From IMG/VR virus record IMGVR_UViG_3300043468_000476: a stretch of 64,000 nt of DNA, one strand, 5' to 3'. A program made the position numbers and the translations under genes. Origin of the DNA: an uncultured virus (IMG/VR IMGVR_UViG_3300043468_000476). Taxonomy: Duplodnaviria > Heunggongvirae > Uroviricota > Caudoviricetes. This document shows positions 38,858 to 48,272 of the stretch, in pieces. Each line of letters begins with the position of its first letter. The first letter of the stretch is position 1. A model generated the notes under the pieces. That model saw nothing but the letters and a program-made list of their open reading frames with translations, searched no databases and had not been told where the DNA came from.

Positions 38858-40278
38858 TACGAAATTCCTAATATTGTTAACATGCTTGATACTTTGGTTA
38901 AACCAGTCGTTGAAATATCGCCGCCAGAATAACTTCCTCCAGAATAACTTCCAAACCCAGAACCAGCTGCTCCGCCACCACCGCCAGAATTACCACCAAA
39001 AGAACCAAAACCGCCTAACTGAGAAGGTAATCCCATTCCTCCTAGAACTCCGCCTAATCCTCCTCCGCCAACACCAAAACCTCCCATGATATTACTTAAA
39101 CCTCCCATGCCTCCAAGAGCTCCTAACGGAGAACCTCCTCCTAGAGCTTGTTTGCCTATCTGGAATATTTGGTTATTCAAACCCATATCTTTCTGAAATT
39201 GTTGCATTACATTCTGTATATTACCGCCCTGAATAGCAGAATTTGGTAAACTTGTTTGCGTGGTTAACATACCAATTAATGATTGTAATTGCCCGCCGAG
39301 CATACCACCCATACCACTAGACTTGTTAGAATTTTTACCAGCGCCCAAATCCATAGTGTTAGATTCTATTGTTACCATTTGATCATAAAGAATATCGTTA
39401 AGTTTGCTTGCTGTAAGAAATCTAATTGGTTTGTTGTTTGTGTCTAACTCAAAGTATTTGTCTATTTCGTTTGCTATGGTTGTTTCAGAAACAGAAAATA
39501 CTTCTTCGCTTGATGTGCTAAAATGATACGATTTTGGCGCCTTCTTTACATAAACCTTAGTTGTTCCATCAGGAGACACCCATTGATCGTAACCAGGATA
39601 AGGGTCATTATCTATGGTATAATATCTTTTTACATAATTGTCAGGAACAGCGTCTATCAATATAACAGGAGAAGGAACAATATCTCCAAATACGGTGTCA
39701 TCATATTTTGATACAGGTATACTAAGCGGTCCGAAATACAAAGCCAACCTAATCAGATTAGCCAAAGAATTTTTCACAATATCTCTGTATAAAGAATTTA
39801 TTTCTTCCAAACCATTTTGATCAAGAACATCAACGAACAAAGCAATAACTGATTCGAAATTGTGTTTTTTAGTTAGAATACAGAGAGCTCCAGTAAACGA
39901 ATCATTAAGAATCACAGATGGCCCAGAAGGAACTCCGCTATACGGCTGTTGAGGATTACTCATAGAAGCGCCAGAACCTATAGCCAACAAAGAAGTTATC
40001 TGTTGCATCTGTTGGTAAAGTTGCGGCATAACCTGACCATGTCCGCTTCCATCGACCATTTGGATTATTTGGGGTAAATCTTTACTACCAATCTCTCCAG
40101 AAGCTGTAGTTGGTTTGTCAGCGTTTTTAGCATGTTCGTCTCTAACGTCAGAGAGTTTCTCAGCGTCTTTACCTTTAACTCTTGGAGCGTCAGCATATTT
40201 TACTTCGCCTTTAAGAATTTTGGGTTGTTGTTTACGATGAAAAACAGACTTTCCTTGATCGAATGCTTTTTTTGCCAT
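38857..40278 (-). CDS. Hypothetical baseplate protein with Gly/Met-rich C-terminus, between gp5 modules
   Basis: 473-aa ORF closely coupled to both neighbours. Confidence 0.7.
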   Translation of the reverse strand: MAKKAFDQGKSVFHRKQQPKILKGEVKYADAPRVKGKDAEKLSDVRDEHAKNADKPTTASGEIGSKDLPQIIQMVDGSGHGQVMPQLYQQMQQITSLLAIGSGASMSNPQQPYSGVPSGPSVILNDSFTGALCILTKKHNFESVIALFVDVLDQNGLEEINSLYRDIVKNSLANLIRLALYFGPLSIPVSKYDDTVFGDIVPSPVILIDAVPDNYVKRYYTIDNDPYPGYDQWVSPDGTTKVYVKKAPKSYHFSTSSEEVFSVSETTIANEIDKYFELDTNNKPIRFLTASKLNDILYDQMVTIESNTMDLGAGKNSNKSSGMGGMLGGQLQSLIGMLTTQTSLPNSAIQGGNIQNVMQQFQKDMGLNNQIFQIGKQALGGGSPLGALGGMGGLSNIMGGFGVGGGGLGGVLGGMGLPSQLGGFGSFGGNSGGGGGAAGSGFGSYSGGSYSGGDISTTGLTKVSSMLTILGIS

Positions 40279-40280
40279 AA

Positions 40281-40685
40281 TTAATCGTCCTTCGAAACTG
40301 CAGGGTTATCTACACCCTTAACTCTTATTGAACCACCAGAATTTTTCTGAGCTTCTTGTGTATCCCTACCAATTCCACCATTGCTGTCCTCATGGCCTTC
40401 AGGCATATCTCCTCTTGGTAAAGAACCAAGAACAATAGGATATTGCATAGCATGATCATGAGGCAAGAAAGTAACAAGAACTCTAGAACCAACTCTCAAG
40501 CCATGCGGCGCATGACCAAGTTTAGCAGTAGCAGCAGATGTGCTAGGTTGAACTACCATCGCCCAAGGCAATGCATCATCTTTAATAGCTTGTTCGTCGT
40601 TATGTTCATTATAGATTCTTACCTTCACACGTCCTGATTTGGTTGGATCGTCTTCAAAATTTCTTACTTCAGCAATATAAAACAT
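40281..40685 (-). CDS. gp5: gp5 N-terminal OB-fold module
   Basis: DPTKSGRVKVRI...LPWA.VVQP.TSAA...GSRV...QYPIVLGSL. Confidence 0.8.
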   Translation of the reverse strand: MFYIAEVRNFEDDPTKSGRVKVRIYNEHNDEQAIKDDALPWAMVVQPSTSAATAKLGHAPHGLRVGSRVLVTFLPHDHAMQYPIVLGSLPRGDMPEGHEDSNGGIGRDTQEAQKNSGGSIRVKGVDNPAVSKDD

Positions 40686-41941
40686 TATCCTTGACCTCCA
40701 CCGCCACGCTTAAATGACGCCTTTACAACTCTCAGAACCATTGTACAATGTGGCGGTTCTGCAGAAATTCTATATTTTGTTCTTATCGCCACAACTAAAC
40801 ATTTGCCATTGAATTGACCTTCGCCTTCTTGCGTATCGCTGTTCGCTTTTTTAGGAATATCCAACTCAATCATAGAACCAAGTTTAATATTAGGATTATA
40901 ATATGTTTCTAATTCTGCGGAATTTTGAGCTAAGTGAGCAAGAAAGGCAGCTCTTTTTGTTTTGGCTTCTGATGTTGTATGTTTGTCTTTATTGTTAGCT
41001 TTATCATGTATATATCTAACGGGCAATGACTTAGCGTATGAAGGAGATTGATCGTAAACTCCTTGACTGTCAGCAAATTTAAACTTGTTTTGTTTTTGAC
41101 TATTTGTGGCCACAACCTTGTGAGAAGTTAAATCGACAGTATATTCTTCTGTTTTATCCAAAGCTCTTGGACCAGAATCAAAATTCTTGGAAGGTCTGAA
41201 CCACATAATAGAATTTTGTCTAGCGTTTTGATCTTTTGAATCAAAATTTAAATTTGTTGACTGTTTTAGCTTTACAGTTGGCTGGCTTTCGAATAATTCT
41301 TCAAAGGTTTTGAAGACATATTTGTGTTCGCCCTGTTCGTCTCCTTGTTGGAAAAGAGCAAAAGTTGAAGACTGATACTTTTCGGAAACATGTTCTGTAT
41401 TCATTTTCTTTAACGCATCTAATGGATGCATTTTTGATATAACAATTCTACGGTTTCCTTTGGTAGTTCCAATATCCATTTTTCTTTTGGATTTGAAACC
41501 TTCTTTGAGCACATGTTCTACAACTTCGCTTGTTTTGCCGTTGAAACTTTTTTCTATGTGGTTACCTTGAGCGTTCAAAAACTCAGGAGAAACACATCTA
41601 ATGTCATATTGTTTGTTGTGACCAGAACCTACATTATTTCTTGATTGGTCGTTAAGGTTTTTGTTCTGGAACATTTTGAATTTAAAATTACCGCCGCCCC
41701 CAGAACTTAGAATGTTATCGTCTCCGGAGAATCTTATCTCGACTTCCTGGTCAAAAGAACCATTAATTTTATTTTTGCTAAGAGCGTCTGTTGGATCTAT
41801 AACTCGTAATTCTGCGACTGGACCGTATGGGTTCAATATATCTTCATAGATATTGAAACCAACTATTGATGCCTCCCCAGTTTTTACAAGATCCATATTG
41901 CCAACTTTAATTGACGAAACTTTAATGTCTCCAGCAGCCAT
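40685..41941 (-). CDS. Baseplate hub protein (gp27-like by position)
   Basis: IYEDI..P N-terminus, GKCLV.AI C-terminus; between gp53 and gp5. Confidence 0.6.
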   Translation of the reverse strand: MAAGDIKVSSIKVGNMDLVKTGEASIVGFNIYEDILNPYGPVAELRVIDPTDALSKNKINGSFDQEVEIRFSGDDNILSSGGGGNFKFKMFQNKNLNDQSRNNVGSGHNKQYDIRCVSPEFLNAQGNHIEKSFNGKTSEVVEHVLKEGFKSKRKMDIGTTKGNRRIVISKMHPLDALKKMNTEHVSEKYQSSTFALFQQGDEQGEHKYVFKTFEELFESQPTVKLKQSTNLNFDSKDQNARQNSIMWFRPSKNFDSGPRALDKTEEYTVDLTSHKVVATNSQKQNKFKFADSQGVYDQSPSYAKSLPVRYIHDKANNKDKHTTSEAKTKRAAFLAHLAQNSAELETYYNPNIKLGSMIELDIPKKANSDTQEGEGQFNGKCLVVAIRTKYRISAEPPHCTMVLRVVKASFKRGGGGQG

Positions 41942-41942
41942 A

Positions 41943-42824
41943 TTATTCCTTCAATAGATCAGTTAGATTATCAACAGCAACTTGTTTCAAGCTACTGTCC
42001 AACACTCTAATTGTTTTGTTATATTCGTTCTTTTCTATTTCTTCTTCTAACAAAGTCACAGGTTTCCAATAAACTTGCTCGTCTGCTGGTATGTTTACTG
42101 CAACGGTTCTTTCTGAAACAAACACATTATTGGCTTCGCTTTCTCTGCCATAGATATAACTAGTAGAAACAATATCAAAATCTTCTCCGGTTTTGACATA
42201 ACCATTAGTGTGTTTAACAGTCACAGTATTTCCTGATACTGCCATAATCTGACCTTTGCCATAATAAAATTGATCAAAATGAATATCACAAATTTCGTCA
42301 ATTACATAAGAAGGAGAATTAGTATTAACAACATACTCCATTATTTCGTTTGTGTTTGTTTTCCACTCTACTTGTCTTCTTTTGTATGACATAATTTTGT
42401 TATAACTACCAAAGATGGGTTCCCAATATTTCTGCTGCCCAGCAGTAAGAGCGTTATAAGCGCTGACGCCAATATCATCTTGACCAACCCAATTGTTAGT
42501 GTAATGACTTATTTTGGTCTGAGCATTATAATAAGACCCATATTTTAAAGTAATGAATTCTTGCATTTCTCTTTCGCCGAGATACCATTCATAATATGGA
42601 TCAACAATCTTATTGACAACATAAACTATCCAACTTTTGTATTGGTCGTCGTAATATCTTGCAGAAAACTGATCAGCTCTTTCGTTATCTGTAATTTCGT
42701 ATGGATAAAACAAATAAGGTTCTGTTGCAATTTTATCTAAAACTGCTACACGTCTGGTAATATCTATAGCCTCTGTATTGGCATAAGTTATTACAGGAAA
42801 TTTGTCGAAATATCTCTGAGCCAT
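41943..42824 (-). CDS. gp53: Baseplate wedge subunit gp53
   Basis: YFDKFP.I.Y, ERADQ.S.RYY, WI...N.I.DPYYEW, EKNE..K.IR. Confidence 0.85.
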   Translation of the reverse strand: MAQRYFDKFPVITYANTEAIDITRRVAVLDKIATEPYLFYPYEITDNERADQFSARYYDDQYKSWIVYVVNKIVDPYYEWYLGEREMQEFITLKYGSYYNAQTKISHYTNNWVGQDDIGVSAYNALTAGQQKYWEPIFGSYNKIMSYKRRQVEWKTNTNEIMEYVVNTNSPSYVIDEICDIHFDQFYYGKGQIMAVSGNTVTVKHTNGYVKTGEDFDIVSTSYIYGRESEANNVFVSERTVAVNIPADEQVYWKPVTLLEEEIEKNEYNKTIRVLDSSLKQVAVDNLTDLLKE

Positions 42825-42827
42825 TGG

Positions 42828-43562
42828 TTACTCTTGATAGTTGTCTTTGCTCCACAGCTCGATTTCTTTTAGCTGAAGAGACAAATTTACGATAGTTGGG
42901 GCGCCAGTTTTAAAAAACGAAGGCATACCAGCACCAGTATAATCTACTTGAACTGAAACTATAGCACAAGGTTTGATCTTAAAAAGATAATCATCGGGAG
43001 TAAAAGAAACATTACAAATATTTGGATATCTCATCATCAAGTCTGTTCTGCCACCAGAAGGCAAAGCAGCTCTTTTACAAGTATTGATAATTCTTTTGAG
43101 AGTTTCTGACTCTTGTTCTGTGTTCGGAGCCAATGACCACTGTAAAGTGTGTTCTTTAAAGTTTGGTCTTTTGAACATCATGAACTGGAATGGATTAACT
43201 GACTGGCTGCTAAAGGTTCCTGCCATATCCAACCCAGAGGCCAATTGAGAAGCTAGTTGACCGATCTGGCCAGCGCCGGGAATATATTGCCCAACAGCCT
43301 GCAGGCCCTGACCTATGGCAGCTGTTCCTGACCATTCTTCCCATATAATGACTTCACTATCATTCAATCTTCTTGGGAATGGCAAAGTGACGCTGTTTCC
43401 GAGCATTATAGCTCCAGCGCCTCCAGTAAAACTGTAATTGTATTCAGAAAACGTCAATTTCGTAAAAAATTTTCTATTACTTTGCTCCAAGTCATTGGGG
43501 AAAGTATCATTAGTTTTCTGGTTTCTGCCAGGTGGCTGTGGAAAATTAATTGTACGGGCCAT
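42828..43562 (-). CDS. gp48: Baseplate tail-tube cap gp48
   Basis: VNP...F..P.F..H...W.LAP...ES, VDYT, L.L.LKEIE. Confidence 0.75.
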   Translation of the reverse strand: MARTINFPQPPGRNQKTNDTFPNDLEQSNRKFFTKLTFSEYNYSFTGGAGAIMLGNSVTLPFPRRLNDSEVIIWEEWSGTAAIGQGLQAVGQYIPGAGQIGQLASQLASGLDMAGTFSSQSVNPFQFMMFKRPNFKEHTLQWSLAPNTEQESETLKRIINTCKRAALPSGGRTDLMMRYPNICNVSFTPDDYLFKIKPCAIVSVQVDYTGAGMPSFFKTGAPTIVNLSLQLKEIELWSKDNYQE

Positions 43563-43579
43563 TGAGTTCCTGTTTTGGG

Positions 43580-43608
43580 TATAAATATAGTTACTTCATT
43601 TATTTATT
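43580..43608. promoter_or_regulatory. Late-promoter pair for the divergent gp4 and gp48 operons
   Basis: TATAAATA (+) at 43580-43587; AATAAATA (-) at 43601-43608. Confidence 0.65.
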
Positions 43609-43621
43609 ACAAAAAACAACG

Positions 43622-44077
43622 ATGGCTACTTATAAAGGATTCTTCAAACCAAGAAATCCACAAAAATATAAAGGCGACCCTACTAATATTGTATACCGCT
43701 CCAGATGGGAATTGTTAGTAATGAGCCGATTTGACGCTGACCCCCAGGTAATATGGTGGTCCTCTGAGGAAACTGTTATACCATACAGATCCCCAGTGGA
43801 CAACCGTATTCATAGATATTATGTGGATTTTACTGCAAGGTTAAATACCATTGACGGTAAGTCAAAAACGGTTCTCATTGAGGTCAAACCTTATGCGCAG
43901 ACAATACCACCAGCGCTCCAAGAAAGTAAGAAGAAGTCAAAAAGATATATACAAGAAGTGATGACTTGGGGAGTAAATTCGGCCAAATGGAAGGCTGCCA
44001 GAGAATACTGCAGAGACCGAGGTTTTGAGTTTAAGATTATGACAGAAAAAGAATTAGGAATACCAAAAGGATACTAA
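43622..44077 (+). CDS. gp4: Head completion nuclease gp4
   Basis: YKG.F.P.NP.KYKGDP.NI.YRS.WE, HRYYVDF, IEVKP, N.AKW.AA; likely ATG at 43622. Confidence 0.93.
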   Translation: MATYKGFFKPRNPQKYKGDPTNIVYRSRWELLVMSRFDADPQVIWWSSEETVIPYRSPVDNRIHRYYVDFTARLNTIDGKSKTVLIEVKPYAQTIPPALQESKKKSKRYIQEVMTWGVNSAKWKAAREYCRDRGFEFKIMTEKELGIPKGY

Positions 44078-44640
44078 TGGCCGAAGACGATTTTTCCAAG
44101 ATTGTAAGGAATGCTGGCAAAGCTCTTTCGAATGATTCGAAAGCGGCTCTTGATTGGTTTTATGATACGATCGATGACGTAAAGAAACCCAAATCCAAGC
44201 CATTTACCAAGGATTCTATGCCAAAGGTAGGCAGAATGTATCTGTTCGCCTACGACCCAAAGCACAAAGATAAACTACCATTCTATGACGCTTTCCCTTT
44301 AGTTTTCCCTATAGAATTTTACATCGATGGCATTCTGGGCATCAATCTGCATTATCTTCCGTATATGCAACGTACACAATTGATGTCTGCCCTACAATCT
44401 ATCACAAACAATAATAAATATAATGAAACAACCAAATTGAACATATCTTATGAATTATTGAGTAGATATGCAAACCAATTCAAAGGTTTTGAGAGTTGCG
44501 TCAAGAGATATCTGTATGGGCATGTAAGAAGTTCGTTTCATGAGGTGTATCCATATTATTGGGGTAAGGCGATTATATTACCACTACAAAGATGGAAAGT
44601 TAACCCAAACAAGAGATATAGCGGTTCGCCGCCTTATTAG
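44077..44640 (+). CDS. gp2: DNA end protector protein gp2
   Basis: GRMYLFAYDPKHK..LPFYD.FPL, GINLHYLP, KRYL..HV.S. Confidence 0.93.
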   Translation: MAEDDFSKIVRNAGKALSNDSKAALDWFYDTIDDVKKPKSKPFTKDSMPKVGRMYLFAYDPKHKDKLPFYDAFPLVFPIEFYIDGILGINLHYLPYMQRTQLMSALQSITNNNKYNETTKLNISYELLSRYANQFKGFESCVKRYLYGHVRSSFHEVYPYYWGKAIILPLQRWKVNPNKRYSGSPPY

Positions 44641-44648
44641 GAACAAAG

Positions 44649-45317
44649 ATGCCATTTGACATAAACAAATTCCAAACTAATATCCGAGATTTTGGGTATA
44701 TTGACAACAATTCGTTCTCGGTCTTGGTCCAGACTCCAAAGGTTATGACTGGAGCCAGTCTCAGCAATCAAGGAACGCCAACTGCTGTTTATAAAATAGC
44801 AGAAAATATGGAATTTAGAATAGATCAAGTAAAGGCTCCTGGTATATCTATTGTTACCACAGACATCAATAGATATGGTATCGGCCCAACACAGAAACAA
44901 CCATTCAGCGCTCAGTTCCAAGAAATTAATATTTCCGTTCTGGGCGATCATTATTGTGAATTTTGGCAGTACTGGTATCAATGGACTAGAGCTGTGTTTC
45001 AGTTTAACGGTTCAACAGCTGGAAATTGGGCTCCAAACTATACGGCTGAGTATAAAGAAAATTATTCTTCTACCATAATCATATTCATATACGACCATTA
45101 TGGTAACATCATCCAAAAAATAAACCTTTTCGAAGCCTTTCCAACAGCTATTAGAGAATTTCCTCTTTCTTGGGGGGATTCGAATCTCATGAAGATTAAC
45201 GTACAAATAGCTTACACTGAATACACAATAGAAAATTCGACTTTAGAGAAATCTAATCTAGAAGATAAAAACAGATCAGTAATGACAGGCTATACAAGAG
45301 AAACAATATCAAGTTAA
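44649..45317 (+). CDS. gp54: Baseplate tail-tube initiator (gp54-like)
   Basis: Tube-fold motifs PG, L.EAFP..I...LSW; position after gp2. Confidence 0.7.
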   Translation: MPFDINKFQTNIRDFGYIDNNSFSVLVQTPKVMTGASLSNQGTPTAVYKIAENMEFRIDQVKAPGISIVTTDINRYGIGPTQKQPFSAQFQEINISVLGDHYCEFWQYWYQWTRAVFQFNGSTAGNWAPNYTAEYKENYSSTIIIFIYDHYGNIIQKINLFEAFPTAIREFPLSWGDSNLMKINVQIAYTEYTIENSTLEKSNLEDKNRSVMTGYTRETISS

Positions 45318-45333
45318 TTATGGAGTTTAAATA

Positions 45334-46047
45334 ATGTCTAAGTTACCTAAGATTGATTACCCAGTTTATAAAATTAATATACCTTCTTTGAAAAAAGACT
45401 ATCAATTTAGACCGTTTTTGGTCAAAGAAGAAAAACTATTGTTGATGGCTAAAGAAAGCGAAAACCCAGCGGACGTGCTTTCGGCTATTAAACAAATCGT
45501 AAACAACTGCTCTATTGATTCCAAGTTGGATATTAGCAAACTGGCTCTGTTTGATATTGAGTATATTTTCCTTAGATTAAGAGCTATCTCTGTTGATAAT
45601 GTTATTAAAGCATCATACAAAGATTCAGAAGATAATAAAGTATACGATTTTGAAATTAATCTTGACGATGTTAAGGTCAAGTATCCAGAGAACCTTGATA
45701 ACAATATTAAAATTACGCCTAAGTCTGGCGTTATAATGAAATATCCTTCCGCTGCATTATATGATGATGCAGACTTTTTGGCCTTAGACAAAGATTATAT
45801 GTTTGAGTTGATTCTTCGTTGTATAGATTCTATCTATTTTGAAGAGCAGATTTTCGAGGCCAAAGATTATAAGAAGGAAGAACTGAACGAATTCTTAGAA
45901 AACCTTAATATCAAGGTGTTCGAAAAGATCCAGGAATTCCTGTTGAATGTCCCTAAGATGGAATACAAGATTTTATATCAAAACGATCTGGGTCATGACA
46001 GAGAAATAGTTCTGACTTCGTTAAACGATTTTTTTACGTGGCGCTGA
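45334..46047 (+). CDS. gp26: Baseplate hub assembly protein gp26
   Basis: LPKI..P.Y, FRPFLVKEEK.LLMA.ES, FDIEYIFL.LRA.SV, MKYP, LNDFF end. Confidence 0.9.
   Translation: MSKLPKIDYPVYKINIPSLKKDYQFRPFLVKEEKLLLMAKESENPADVLSAIKQIVNNCSIDSKLDISKLALFDIEYIFLRLRAISVDNVIKASYKDSEDNKVYDFEINLDDVKVKYPENLDNNIKITPKSGVIMKYPSAALYDDADFLALDKDYMFELILRCIDSIYFEEQIFEAKDYKKEELNEFLENLNIKVFEKIQEFLLNVPKMEYKILYQNDLGHDREIVLTSLNDFFTWR
46029..46035 (+). other. Candidate -1 ribosomal frameshift heptamer T TTT TTT
   Basis: GAT TTT TTT ACG at the gp26 3' end; gp51 lies in the -1 frame. Confidence 0.55.
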
Positions 46048-46223
46048 GCCATACTGATCTGGGTAATTATTACTCTACTATATTTTCGTTGGTTCAGCAC
46101 CATAAATATTCAATATCTGATGTAGAAAATCTTATACCATTTGAACGAGATATCTATGTGCAAATGTTGGTGAATTATATCAAAGAAGTAGAAGAAGCAA
46201 AAAGACAACAAGCAAATAGGTAA
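46038..46223 (+). CDS. gp51: Baseplate hub assembly catalyst gp51
   Basis: L.NYY...FSL.QHHKYS.S..ENL.PFER.IYV.ML. Confidence 0.88.
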   Translation: MALSHTDLGNYYSTIFSLVQHHKYSISDVENLIPFERDIYVQMLVNYIKEVEEAKRQQANR

Positions 46224-46226
46224 GAA

Positions 46227-48245
46227 ATGGCAACGGCAGAATTAGCAGAAGTATCCAGAAGTATAAGATCAGCAATGGGAGAATCTGCTGGTCAATTCAG
46301 ACAAGCTGCAAACGCTTCAGCAGCCAATCTTTCTAAAATAGTCAAAGATATTGCTACTACTTTTTCTGCACAAAGAAAAGATATTAACGACCTTCACAAT
46401 AGTATTCAGGAAGGTCAATATGCTACAGAACAAACTAATGATAAGATAGATGGCCTAATCAGAATATTCCAAGAAACGGCCAGTATCCAAACAACTATGC
46501 AAGGTTATCTAAGCGATATTTCTAAAAACATTAGAATATTGAATAGAAACGTTGAAAGTATGAATACCAACCTTTCCAATAATTTGGTTGGATCTGGCAC
46601 TGGTAATATTCTTAGTTCTCTTACTACTGGTTTAGGAAGCGTTGTTGAAAAAATCGGTGCCGCTGCAGTTGGTGGAGCAGTAGGTTATGTCGCTGGCGGC
46701 ATGGGTGGCGGTGGTGGTGGAGCCACGGCAATGCAACCAAATGGTAGTTCCTCTGAAGCTATGTCATTTTTCCAGTCAAAAGGTTGGTCAAAAGAACAGT
46801 CAGCTGGTATTGTTGGCAATCTTCAAGTGGAATCTGAGAATTTTTCTTCTGCTGTAATAAGCGGAAAGAAAAAGGGCGATGGAGGCACAGCTGTTGGTAT
46901 AGCACAATGGCATCCTGATAGGCAGGCAAGATTCCAACAAATAATGGGAAAACCATTAATTGGTTCTACATTCCAAGACCAACTTGCTTTCGTTGACTGG
47001 GAATTAAAAAATAGTGAAGCCAAAGCAGGCAATATTCTTAAAATGGCTAAATCTGCAGCTGATGCTGCTGCAAAGGTTGACGAATTTTATGAAAGATCTT
47101 CTGGCGAACATAGATCAAAAAGAATAGCTAATGCAGAAAGACTAACAAGTTCTAAAGGCGGCGAAACTGCTACGCCAGTAACATCTGCAGCAACTACACC
47201 CTCAACAACGCCAACTGCTACACCAGTTTCTAAGCCAGAAGCTGTACCTTCTGCTACTTCCCCAAGAACTGAAACAATTGGTAAAGAAGGCGGCCATGGC
47301 CCTATCAGTGGTGCTATGCATGAAGGACAAGCTCACGGAGAAAAAGTAGAAACTTCTGCTGCATTACCTTCTGGTGATATTGTTGCTCTTGGCCATGCTC
47401 TAGAAAAAATGGGAATGAGAATTTCTGAACATCCTTCTTTTGGTGGCGTCGCAGGAGTTCATAAAGGTAGAGCCCATTATGAAGGAAGAGCGATTGATAT
47501 TAATATTGGTAAGGGTAATACAGAAGCGACAAATCCTGTTCTCGGAGCAAAGTTTGATCATCTAGCTGATCAATTAACTAGACTCGGTTATAAGGTTTTC
47601 TGGAGAGAATCTGGGCCATATGGCGCTGCTGGTCATAATGACCATCTACATGCTGAGCTCAGAAAAGGTGGCGCTCCAGCAGTTCCAGACACATATCAAA
47701 TGGCAGGAACGCCAGAACAAAGAGCTGCACAGGGAGCAACTCCTTATGCAGCTACTCCATCAACAACTGCTCCTTCTGCAGCACCAATGGCTGCTCCTGT
47801 AGCAGAACCAATACAGCAAGCGCCAATGACTACTGGTATGATGGGCGCTCCAATGGGTGGGGACATGACAGGACAGCTTATGGGAATGTTAGGCGGCTTT
47901 ATACCTGGAGGGTTTGGTGGGATGATTGGAGGACTACTTCCAATGATAGCTTCAGCGATCTCTGCAGAATTAACTCCTTCTCCTTCTATGGCTTCTATGA
48001 ATGCTAGAACTGTAAGTCAGGCGGCTGTTCAGTCACAGGCAATGGAAGAATCTGCACAACAACAGACTGTAACTCCTACTAATACTCCTTCTATGACTGG
48101 AGGGGCAAGTCCAATGTCTGCTGCTGATAATTCAGGATACGCTTATAATACACCAGATGATATTGGTTGGCCAGATTGGGCTGCTATGATTGGCGGTAAT
48201 CATTGGGAAGAAATGAAACACTATAAGAAGAATATGTGGGGATAA
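46227..48245 (+). CDS. Tape-measure/hub-like protein with phage tail lysozyme and M15-like Zn peptidase domains
   Basis: N-terminal helical region; AGIVGNLQVES...GIAQW...YER (tail lysozyme); H.EGRAID...HNDHLH (LAS/M15-like). Confidence 0.7.
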   Translation: MATAELAEVSRSIRSAMGESAGQFRQAANASAANLSKIVKDIATTFSAQRKDINDLHNSIQEGQYATEQTNDKIDGLIRIFQETASIQTTMQGYLSDISKNIRILNRNVESMNTNLSNNLVGSGTGNILSSLTTGLGSVVEKIGAAAVGGAVGYVAGGMGGGGGGATAMQPNGSSSEAMSFFQSKGWSKEQSAGIVGNLQVESENFSSAVISGKKKGDGGTAVGIAQWHPDRQARFQQIMGKPLIGSTFQDQLAFVDWELKNSEAKAGNILKMAKSAADAAAKVDEFYERSSGEHRSKRIANAERLTSSKGGETATPVTSAATTPSTTPTATPVSKPEAVPSATSPRTETIGKEGGHGPISGAMHEGQAHGEKVETSAALPSGDIVALGHALEKMGMRISEHPSFGGVAGVHKGRAHYEGRAIDINIGKGNTEATNPVLGAKFDHLADQLTRLGYKVFWRESGPYGAAGHNDHLHAELRKGGAPAVPDTYQMAGTPEQRAAQGATPYAATPSTTAPSAAPMAAPVAEPIQQAPMTTGMMGAPMGGDMTGQLMGMLGGFIPGGFGGMIGGLLPMIASAISAELTPSPSMASMNARTVSQAAVQSQAMEESAQQQTVTPTNTPSMTGGASPMSAADNSGYAYNTPDDIGWPDWAAMIGGNHWEEMKHYKKNMWG

Positions 48246-48248
48246 TAA

Positions 48249-48269
48249 AAAGGGAGCCAAGCTCCCTTT
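48249..48269. terminator. Bidirectional intrinsic terminator
   Basis: AAAGGGAGC-CAA-GCTCCCTTT with T-tracts on both strands, between convergent genes. Confidence 0.8.
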
Positions 48270-48272
48270 CTT

